A stretch of 64,000 nucleotides of DNA from Nitrospiraceae bacterium (GTDB lineage Bacteria; Nitrospirota; Nitrospiria; Nitrospirales; Nitrospiraceae): the NCBI GenBank assembly GCA_035457905.1, contig DATIAT010000032.1, positions 10,945 through 74,944 on the forward strand, in the 5' to 3' direction. Shown here piece by piece: positions 17,975 to 25,563 of the stretch. The position numbers and the translations under genes were made by a program. Numbering within the stretch: the stretch's first letter is position 1; the number at the start of each line of letters is the position of its first letter. The notes under the pieces were generated by a model. That model saw only the letters and a list, made by a program, of their open reading frames with translations, made no database searches and had not been told where the DNA came from.

Positions 17975-20173
17975 TTGACCCGGATGAAAAACCAGGTCCA
18001 TATTGTCAGTTCCCTTGAGCCAGCAAGGATTTCGCCTGCATCCGTGAGTACGCCGACTTCTATCTCATTCACGTCCGATCGATTCCCTGCATGGATGGAG
18101 CGGCATCAGGTCTGGATTGCTTCCGCCGTCGCCATCATGACATTGGTGGCGCTACTCTGCCTGGGATGGGCCACGTACACCGTACAACACGGATTGATTC
18201 AATCCAGCGGCCATAGCCTGGTGCAAGCGGCCACGGATGCCGCCAGCAAGTTAGACATGATGATCCTGGAGCGGTATCGCGACATCCAATTGCTCGCGTC
18301 GACTCCGATGGCCCAAGGTCGGAACTCTGCTGCACTGACAACATATCTTCGCGAACTGGAGGCCGCTCACCCGGCCTATCGATGGATTGGTGTCACCGAC
18401 TCGCGCGGGAAGATCGTCGCGGCCACCGATACGTCCCCTGTTCTCCACGACCGGAGCCAGAGTCAGTGGTTCCAGCTGGCACGTACCATCAGTGGCGTCA
18501 GAATTCTCGATACACAGGTGAGTGACGAATCCAGAGGGACCTCGGCAATCACCATGGTTGCCCCCTTGCGCAACCCCGACGGACGATTTCTTGGGGCGAT
18601 CGCGGCCGTTGTGGGCATTCCCTCACTGATGCACATCCTTGACGACACGATGCAGGTGCTCAGGAACACCGAGTGGACGGAAGAGCCACATATTGAGTAT
18701 CAGCTCCTCAACGAGAAAGGAGACCTGATCGCCGATTCGAGGCTGCCCCAGGAAGGGTACCGCAACTTACGGCAGCTCGGCCTTCCTTCGGCAGCACTTG
18801 TGGGAACGAACGAGCGGGGCTTTGTCGAAGAGACTCATCTTCGCCGCGGGACCTCCGTCGTCACCGCCTATGCGCAAGTCAGAATCGCTCACACCGACCC
18901 AACTCTGCGCTGGGGAATTTTAATAGGTGTAGACCGAGACAGTATTCTTGCCCCCATTCGGTCGTTTCTGCAGAAACTGTCGTTTCTCGCCATTCTGATA
19001 CTCCTCCCCTTACTTGGTCTTGTGCTGGGCATGATCAAGGCCCTTCACGGAGAGTGGGGTGCTGCAAAACGGGAATTCCAGCGGGCCACCAACGCGGAAA
19101 CGGCACTCAAAAGACGGACGGAAGCCCTTCACACGTTGGTCACGGCCACTCAGAACTTGGCTGCCCAACAGGATCTTGACGAATTGTTGCACCAGCTTCT
19201 CCATCTTGCCAAAGAGAACACCGGCGCGCGCTACGCGGCATTGGCCGTCTGTAACGGGAACACCGGTGCAGCAATTCGGTTTTTGACCGCCGGAATCGAC
19301 GATGCAGCGGACCGCCTCATTCGGCTGCTTCCGTTCCAGCAGATATCGCGGGAATCCCTTTGTCAAGGAGACGGCGCGCTCCGCCTGACTCATCTCACTG
19401 CACACTGGGTTTCCCTCAGACTACCGGCCGACCAGACTCCCTTACAATCGTTTCTCGGAGTGCCGATCCGATGCCACGACCAATTCTTCGGTTATCTTTC
19501 TCTCGCCAACAAAGTGCTGCCGCAAGAACTCGAAGACGACTTCAGCGAACTGGATGAACAAATCGTGCTGACCCTTGCTTCTCACGCGAGTACGACGATT
19601 CAAAATCTGCAATTGCTCCACGATTCCAAAGAACAGGCCAGCCACGACTCTTTGACCGGATTGCTGAATCATTCGGCGACATTCACGGCTTTTAATCAGG
19701 AGCTGTCACGGGCTGAACGAAGCCGTCAACCTCTTGCAGTCCTCATCGCCGACCTTGACCATTTTAAGCAGGTTAACGATTCCTACGGCCATCTCGTAGG
19801 CGATATCGTTCTTCGCGAAACCGCAAGACGTTTCCGCGAAGCCGCGCGGCGCTATGATCGCGTAGGGCGCATCGGTGGAGAAGAATTCTTGATCGTCGTT
19901 CCCAACTGCGATGTGGGCGCACTACAGGAGTGTGCCGAACGCTTTCGGTCAGCTATCAGCGATCTCCCGTATACTACGCCGAATGGATTGCTCGCCATTA
20001 CGGTAAGTATCGGAGTGACGGTCTGGTCGTCCGAACACCCATTGAGTCTGGACCTCTTACGAAAGATGGCCGACTATGCCCTCTACCGCGTCAAGAATCG
20101 AGGCAGAAACGGAGTAGACGTCATTCTCCACCCCCACACACCGGTCATAGAGCAGATGAAAAAGGCAGGGTAA
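17975..20173 (+). CDS. Membrane sensor diguanylate cyclase (TM-Cache/PDC-like periplasmic domain-TM-GAF-GGDEF)
   Basis: 732 aa (TTG at 17975, first ATG at 17984). GGEEF active site with an RxxD I-site five residues upstream (RRYDRVGRIGGEEF). GAF-like segment upstream of the GGDEF domain. Confidence 0.88.
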   Translation: MTRMKNQVHIVSSLEPARISPASVSTPTSISFTSDRFPAWMERHQVWIASAVAIMTLVALLCLGWATYTVQHGLIQSSGHSLVQAATDAASKLDMMILERYRDIQLLASTPMAQGRNSAALTTYLRELEAAHPAYRWIGVTDSRGKIVAATDTSPVLHDRSQSQWFQLARTISGVRILDTQVSDESRGTSAITMVAPLRNPDGRFLGAIAAVVGIPSLMHILDDTMQVLRNTEWTEEPHIEYQLLNEKGDLIADSRLPQEGYRNLRQLGLPSAALVGTNERGFVEETHLRRGTSVVTAYAQVRIAHTDPTLRWGILIGVDRDSILAPIRSFLQKLSFLAILILLPLLGLVLGMIKALHGEWGAAKREFQRATNAETALKRRTEALHTLVTATQNLAAQQDLDELLHQLLHLAKENTGARYAALAVCNGNTGAAIRFLTAGIDDAADRLIRLLPFQQISRESLCQGDGALRLTHLTAHWVSLRLPADQTPLQSFLGVPIRCHDQFFGYLSLANKVLPQELEDDFSELDEQIVLTLASHASTTIQNLQLLHDSKEQASHDSLTGLLNHSATFTAFNQELSRAERSRQPLAVLIADLDHFKQVNDSYGHLVGDIVLRETARRFREAARRYDRVGRIGGEEFLIVVPNCDVGALQECAERFRSAISDLPYTTPNGLLAITVSIGVTVWSSEHPLSLDLLRKMADYALYRVKNRGRNGVDVILHPHTPVIEQMKKAG

Positions 20174-20302
20174 GGACTGGCAAGCAAGGAGGGCTTAGCC
20201 AGATTGCCCTTGACGGCGCACACGAACGACTGTCTCCGTTGAATAATCCTTCCAAGCTTGCTGTATCTCTTGCAAGAGGTGGCTGACAGTCCCCCACTGC
20301 GC

Positions 20303-20346
20303 GCAGCTTTCTCACCCTCCCACCCACTGGCACGCCAAGACGTGCC
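20303..20346. repeat. Fragment of the ~209-bp palindromic (MITE-like) element
   Basis: gcagctttctcaccctcccacccactggcacgccaagacgtgcc matches the reverse complement of 29773-29814 (ggcgcgtcttggcgcgccagggctgggtgggtgagaaagcac), with a few mismatches or indels. Confidence 0.65.
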
Positions 20347-20388
20347 ATTAGCCCAGGCGAGGGCTGCCGCTTTTCCCCTTTTTGGCTA

Positions 20389-22170
20389 TCAAAGAGGGCG
20401 TAGCCAGGTTGCCCTTGGCTGCTCGAGAAACAGCCTCACTGCTACCTTCTGACCCTTGATCCTCGTCCGACCAAGAGTCCCGATGATCTCCCGAGCCAAC
20501 GCTTCCGGTACTTCCACCAGCGAAAATCGATCCATCACTTGAACAGCGCCGATCACCTTCGAGTTGAGCCCGGTCTCATTAGCAATCGCCCCGACAAGGT
20601 CGCCTGGCCGAATCCCTGCCTCTTTGCCTGCGCCGATATACACCTTGGCCATACCGGCTGCTGCTCCTCCACCTCGGCCGGCTTGGCTGAGTGATCTTCC
20701 GTGTCCCTTTTTCATCACCATGCCGCTTGTCCGCTCGCGAGAATCTCCCATTGGCCGGCGCTCCATTGATGGCCGCTCCGGTTGTCTGCTCGGAACGGAT
20801 GGAATATCGGACTCCTTTCGCTCTCCACCCTGTATACGAAAAACGAGTTTCATGGCTGCCGCCGCCACCTCTATGGGGTCTCCCTGCTCGGCGAGCGGCG
20901 CGATTACGGCTCTGAACAAATCCAGATCACCGGATGCCAGTACTTCTTCTACCGCAGTCTTGGCTCGCGCCAGCCGTTTCATGCGAAGATCGGCGACGCT
21001 CGGCACTGGAGTCACTGCAATTTTGGCTTTTGTCAATTGTTCGATGTTCCACAACAATCGCTGCTCACGCGGATCCATTACGGTGATTGCTGTTCCTTCC
21101 CTCCCAGCCCTCCCTGTCCGCCCGATCCGGTGGACATAGACTTCCGGAGACATCGGCAGATCGTAGTTCACCACGTGCGACACAGATGGAATATCCAGCC
21201 CACGCGCCGCCACATCGGTGGCGACGAGGATCTCGATCTGTCCGGATCGGAACAATCTCATCACGCGATCGCGCTGAGGCTGATTCATACCGCCATGGAT
21301 CGCCTCGGCCCGATGCCCACGGTCCATCAGTGTGCTCGTGAGTTCATCGACTTCAATACGTGTGCGGCAGAACACCAAAGCGGATTTTGGAGCTTCCATG
21401 TCTAGAATACGGCCCAATGCCACCACCTTGTGTGGCCTGGCGACGATGTAGGCCGATTGGCGCACACGCGGAGCGGCTCCCGCCTTGAGCGGCTCCTTGG
21501 CAATTCTGATCTCGACCGGCTCCCTGAGATGGCGTTTGGCGATGGACGTGATCCTGAGTGGCATGGTGGCGGAGAACAAGGCTGTCTGGCGCTCTTTCGG
21601 TATCTGTTCCAGAATGGCATCCAGATCCTCGGCAAATCCCATGTCGAGCATCTCATCCGCCTCGTCCAGTACGACTGTTTGAATCGTCTTAAGCTGCAGC
21701 GTGTTTCGTCGGATATGGTCCAATGCCCGCCCAGGTGTCGCAACGACGACATCCATACCGCGCTTGAGTGCATGAATCTGCGGTCCGATAGCCTGTCCTC
21801 CATAGACCGGAAGCACAGAGATCTTCAATTCCTTGCCATAGCGTGTGACCGCTTGGCCAACCTGGATCGCTAATTCTCTGGTCGGCACCAGGATAAGCAC
21901 GGAAGGCAGGCGCCGCGTCGAATGGGCAATCCTTTGGAGAAGCGGCAACGTGAACGCAGCTGTTTTCCCGGTCCCGGTTGCCGCTTGACCCAAAAGATCG
22001 CGGCCTGCCAACAACGGGGGAATCGCTTCCCGCTGGATCGGTGTGGGCTCTTCATAACCCAGCGTGTCCAGTGTTGTCAGCAGGGCAGCTTCCAGGCCCA
22101 GTACGGCAAAGCCGGGAGAAAAACCCTTGGCCGGCGTTTCTGCCGATGGGTGCGTGGTCTCGTGCTTCAT
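20389..22170 (-). CDS. deaD: DEAD-box ATP-dependent RNA helicase (DeaD/CsdA-like, C-terminal DbpA-type RNA-binding domain)
   Basis: 593 aa. Q motif/GYEEPTPIQ, AQTGTGKT, VLDEADEMLDMGF, SAT, HRIGRTGRAG. C-terminal basic region plus a DbpA-like fold. Confidence 0.9.
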   Translation of the reverse strand: MKHETTHPSAETPAKGFSPGFAVLGLEAALLTTLDTLGYEEPTPIQREAIPPLLAGRDLLGQAATGTGKTAAFTLPLLQRIAHSTRRLPSVLILVPTRELAIQVGQAVTRYGKELKISVLPVYGGQAIGPQIHALKRGMDVVVATPGRALDHIRRNTLQLKTIQTVVLDEADEMLDMGFAEDLDAILEQIPKERQTALFSATMPLRITSIAKRHLREPVEIRIAKEPLKAGAAPRVRQSAYIVARPHKVVALGRILDMEAPKSALVFCRTRIEVDELTSTLMDRGHRAEAIHGGMNQPQRDRVMRLFRSGQIEILVATDVAARGLDIPSVSHVVNYDLPMSPEVYVHRIGRTGRAGREGTAITVMDPREQRLLWNIEQLTKAKIAVTPVPSVADLRMKRLARAKTAVEEVLASGDLDLFRAVIAPLAEQGDPIEVAAAAMKLVFRIQGGERKESDIPSVPSRQPERPSMERRPMGDSRERTSGMVMKKGHGRSLSQAGRGGGAAAGMAKVYIGAGKEAGIRPGDLVGAIANETGLNSKVIGAVQVMDRFSLVEVPEALAREIIGTLGRTRIKGQKVAVRLFLEQPRATWLRPL

Positions 22171-22292
22171 AGAATACCTCTACCAACCGGCTGCATTGAG
22201 CTTCTCCTTCGTCCATTGCCACTCGACCATGCGTCAGTTTCCTTTTCTCAGGTCTCGTAAGTCTGCTACAGTCGGCGAGGTGTTGAAGTATT

Positions 22293-22501
22293 CAGGCTGT
22301 TCAATAAGACCGTTCAGCAAGGCCGCAGCGAGTGAAGGCCCCAGGAGGTACATACCACACTCCGTGTGTGCCGTTCGCTCCTAGAATGGATCTTGGCGAA
22401 CGGAAAAACCCCTCCAGAGTTCCGACCATCAAGAATCTCGTAGGTACGTTGAGGGTCTGAACGATGCGAGAACGATGCTGGCGGGCTTTTTCAACAGCCT
22501 G
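22293..22501. repeat. ~209-bp imperfect-palindrome MITE-like element (copy B)
   Basis: The ends caggctgttcaataag... and ...ctttttcaacagcctg are inverted repeats. Long imperfect arm pairing plus a central hairpin ccgttcgc/gcgaacgg. Related to 29623-29830 (shared CAGCAAGGC-GCAG in the left arm and CTTTTTCA-CA-CCTG at the right end). Confidence 0.75.
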
Positions 22502-22520
22502 TTAGAGCCTTGAACCTATC

Positions 22521-25037
22521 ATGTCCAGACTTCCAATAGAAGACGTGCTGCCCACTCTTCTCCGTACTCTGACGCACGGACGGAATGCTCTGTTGACCGC
22601 TGCCCCCGGTGCCGGAAAAACCACGCGGGTGCCGCTGGCCTTACTCGATGCCCCCTGGCTCAATGGAAAGAAGCTGCTAATGCTGGAGCCGCGGCGGCTC
22701 GCAACCCGCGCTGCGGCTTATCGCATGGCCACCATGCTGGGTGAATCGATCGGCGAAACGGTCGGCTATCGCATGAGACTCGACACGAATGTGGGACCCG
22801 ACACCAGAATCGAAATCGTCACGGAAGGCATTCTCAGTCGCCTACTCCAACAGGATCCAGCGCTCAGCGCATACGCGATCGTCCTCTTCGATGAATTCCA
22901 TGAACGGAGCATACAAGCTGATACCGGCTTGTCTCTCTGCCTGGAATCGCAACGACTCTTTCGTCCGGATCTCCGTCTGCTCGTGATGTCAGCCACGTTG
23001 GATTGTGGGCCGGTTGCGAATATTTTGGGCAACGCACCGGTCATTACGTGCGAAGGCAAGATGTTTCCCGTTGTGACCAGGTATCTCGACCGACCACTCT
23101 CGGGACACCTCGATGCGGCAGTCGTACAATCGATCCGGCACGCGCTTGGGCAAGAGCCCGGCAGTCTTCTGGTGTTTCTGCCGGGCATGGCAGAAATCCG
23201 CCGCGTTGAACGAAAGCTCCTCGATCTGAATTTGGGCCCGGATATCCTCATTGCACCGCTTCATGGAGACCTGCCGCAAGAGGCGCAGGACCGCGCCATC
23301 GCCCCCGCTCAAGCAGGCAAGAGAAAGGTCGTGCTCGCCACCTCGATTGCCGAAACCAGTTTGACGATCGAGGGGGTGCGCATCGTGATCGACGCCGGCT
23401 TGTTGCGGGTGCCTCGCTTCGATCCTCGCTCGGGACTCACCAGGCTGGAAACAATCCGTGTGACCCAAGACTCTGCAGAGCAACGTCGTGGTCGAGCCGG
23501 ACGTCTCGAGCCGGGTATCTGTTTCCGCCTCTGGACCTCTTCAGTGCACCAAGCGCTGGCCCCTCGTCGCCCACCGGAAATGCTTGATGCCGACCTTGCG
23601 CCGTTGCTGCTCGAATTGGCTCTCTGGGGCGCAGCCGACCCAGAGGAATTATCCTGGCTCACTCCTCCACCGTCAGGAGCTATCGCTCAAGCGAGAGAAT
23701 TGCTCATCAGACTCGGCGCACTCACTACGGAGGGAAAGGTTACCGCTCATGGACAACAGATGGCCGAATTACCGCTGCATCCCCGACTTGCACACATGCT
23801 ACTCAAGGCTGTGCCGTTGCATCTCACCACTTTAGCCTGCGAGCTGGCAGCCCTGCTCAGTGAGCGAGATGTTCTCCGCGGCTCCCCCGGTTGGCGAAAT
23901 GCCGATCTGCGCCTCCGGTTGGACGTATTGCACGGACGGCATGGCCACCTGTCCGGTGCGACTGTCGAGCGCGGCGCTTGCAGGCGAGTGGTACACACCG
24001 CTGACCTATGGCAGCGCCAATTTTTACGACCTGCCCGATCAGACAGACAGGACAGTCTCGATGAGGTGGGGTCCTTACTCGCATTGGCCTATCCAGATCG
24101 CATTGCTCGACGCCAACCCGGAAGTGACGCACGTTATCATATGGTGAATGGCCGCGGCGCACACTTCGCGAACCCTGATCCGCTCAGATCGGAAGACTAT
24201 CTGGTTATCGCCGACCTAGATGGAAGCACGCCATGGGCGAGGATTGAACTGGCGGCTCCGGTTCAGCTGAAAAATCTTGAGGCCATTTATGGCAATCAGA
24301 TTAAAGTATTCGATGAGGTAATATGGGATGGCACGGCACAGGCGGTTCGTGCGACGAGGCAAAGACGATTGGGCTCGCTCACTCTGTCCGAGGAGGGACT
24401 TTCGAAACCGGACCCTTCCAAGATAACAACGGCCTTGTTGCAGGGTCTTCGTCAAGCGGGACTCGATGCATTGGCCTGGACTCCGGAACTCCGTCAGTGG
24501 CGGGCGCGTGTCGCTTTTCTCCGCCGAATCGAAGGGCAGGAGTCTCGATGGCCGGATCTGTCGGATGAAGCGCTTTTGCAGACGCTCGATCACTGGCTCG
24601 GCCCTTATTTATCCGGGTTGACGACACTCGATCGCGTTACGCGGCTCGATCTCACCCAGTCGTTGCACGCACTCCTCTCTCGGGAACAGTCGCGCCAGCT
24701 CGAGCGACGGGCCCCCACTCATATCATCGTCCCGAGCGGATCGGCCGTTCGCGTGGAATACGAAACGCCGGATCTGCCCATTCTGGCTGTGCGGCTGCAA
24801 GAAATGCTCGGCTGTAAAGACACCCCCCGTCTTGCCGGCGGGACAATCCCGGTTATGCTGCATCTCCTATCACCGGCAGGCCGGCCCGTCCAGATCACAA
24901 CGGATCTCTCCAGCTTCTGGAAGACGGCTTATCTCGAAGTGAAAAAAGAACTGCGTGGCCGTTACCCCAAACACTCCTGGCCGGACGATCCAGTGAATGC
25001 CCCACCGACGACCAAAGCCAAGCACCGACTACGCTGA
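22521..25037 (+). CDS. hrpB: ATP-dependent RNA helicase HrpB (DEAH-box)
   Basis: 838 aa. APGAGKTT, FDEFHERS (DEFH), SATL, ATSIAETSLTIEGV, QRRGRAGR, and the C-terminal HrpB domain. Confidence 0.92.
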   Translation: MSRLPIEDVLPTLLRTLTHGRNALLTAAPGAGKTTRVPLALLDAPWLNGKKLLMLEPRRLATRAAAYRMATMLGESIGETVGYRMRLDTNVGPDTRIEIVTEGILSRLLQQDPALSAYAIVLFDEFHERSIQADTGLSLCLESQRLFRPDLRLLVMSATLDCGPVANILGNAPVITCEGKMFPVVTRYLDRPLSGHLDAAVVQSIRHALGQEPGSLLVFLPGMAEIRRVERKLLDLNLGPDILIAPLHGDLPQEAQDRAIAPAQAGKRKVVLATSIAETSLTIEGVRIVIDAGLLRVPRFDPRSGLTRLETIRVTQDSAEQRRGRAGRLEPGICFRLWTSSVHQALAPRRPPEMLDADLAPLLLELALWGAADPEELSWLTPPPSGAIAQARELLIRLGALTTEGKVTAHGQQMAELPLHPRLAHMLLKAVPLHLTTLACELAALLSERDVLRGSPGWRNADLRLRLDVLHGRHGHLSGATVERGACRRVVHTADLWQRQFLRPARSDRQDSLDEVGSLLALAYPDRIARRQPGSDARYHMVNGRGAHFANPDPLRSEDYLVIADLDGSTPWARIELAAPVQLKNLEAIYGNQIKVFDEVIWDGTAQAVRATRQRRLGSLTLSEEGLSKPDPSKITTALLQGLRQAGLDALAWTPELRQWRARVAFLRRIEGQESRWPDLSDEALLQTLDHWLGPYLSGLTTLDRVTRLDLTQSLHALLSREQSRQLERRAPTHIIVPSGSAVRVEYETPDLPILAVRLQEMLGCKDTPRLAGGTIPVMLHLLSPAGRPVQITTDLSSFWKTAYLEVKKELRGRYPKHSWPDDPVNAPPTTKAKHRLR

Positions 25038-25170
25038 GCCACGCAAGACACGCGTTACGGGCGAGAGGAGCGAGGGTTCGAGGCCCGAAGTTCGAGGTTT
25101 TGGAAACTTCGAACCACAAACTTCGAAGTTCTGATCGCGCCTTTCCCGTCAGTCGCGTGCGTCATGCTGC

Positions 25171-25449
25171 CTAAACGGGAATGTCTCTCGTGCCATCGTA
25201 CGATGCTCTCGACTGGTGGGATAACTTCACGATATCGCCGTCCTTGACCAGGGTGTCTTCGCCGCTCACTTTTTTGTTCACCGTAATCATCACTTCTCGA
25301 TTCATCAGGAATTGCATCAATGCCCCAGTCCGATCCTGATTCGACTCAAGCAGTTTCCGGACCGTGGTCGGCTCCGAAACCTTGAGCTCGAATTCTGTTT
25401 CTCCAACCGCATCGCGAAGCGTCAACCCAAAGACCAGCACGGTGACCAT
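25171..25449 (-). CDS. MoaD/ThiS-like beta-grasp protein lacking a C-terminal Gly-Gly
   Basis: 92 aa. ...ITVNKKVSGEDTLVKDGDIVKL resembles the ThiS/MoaD C-terminal strand pattern, but the protein ends ...GTRDIPV. Confidence 0.4.
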   Translation of the reverse strand: MVTVLVFGLTLRDAVGETEFELKVSEPTTVRKLLESNQDRTGALMQFLMNREVMITVNKKVSGEDTLVKDGDIVKLSHQSRASYDGTRDIPV

Positions 25450-25460
25450 ACAAACTCCGT

Positions 25461-25563
25461 TGTTTGGCTTATCTGGTTTGTCTTGTTTATCTGGTTGATT
25501 TGGTTCATCTGACTAGGTTCGCCCAACCAAATAACCAGACGAACCAAAGAAACACAACAAACC
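25461..25563. repeat. 9-nt periodic hairpin repeat (full copy 3)
   Basis: tatctggtt/tgtcttgtt/tatctggtt/gatttggtt/catc, core tctgactag (25508-25516), then inverted units ccaaccaaataaccagacgaaccaaagaaacacaacaaacc. Fills the spacer between two co-oriented genes and abuts the stop codon at 25563. Confidence 0.85.

Noticed and set aside
25075-25130. cgaagttcgaggttttggaaacttcgaaccacaaacttcgaagttc downstream of hrpB, considered as a terminator or a third repeat family.
   Set aside because: It contains short palindromes (aacttcgaagtt) but no stable GC-rich stem followed by a T tract. I saw only one loosely similar sequence in the window (ggaaaccttcggaagttc, ~14537-14554). Support is insufficient.
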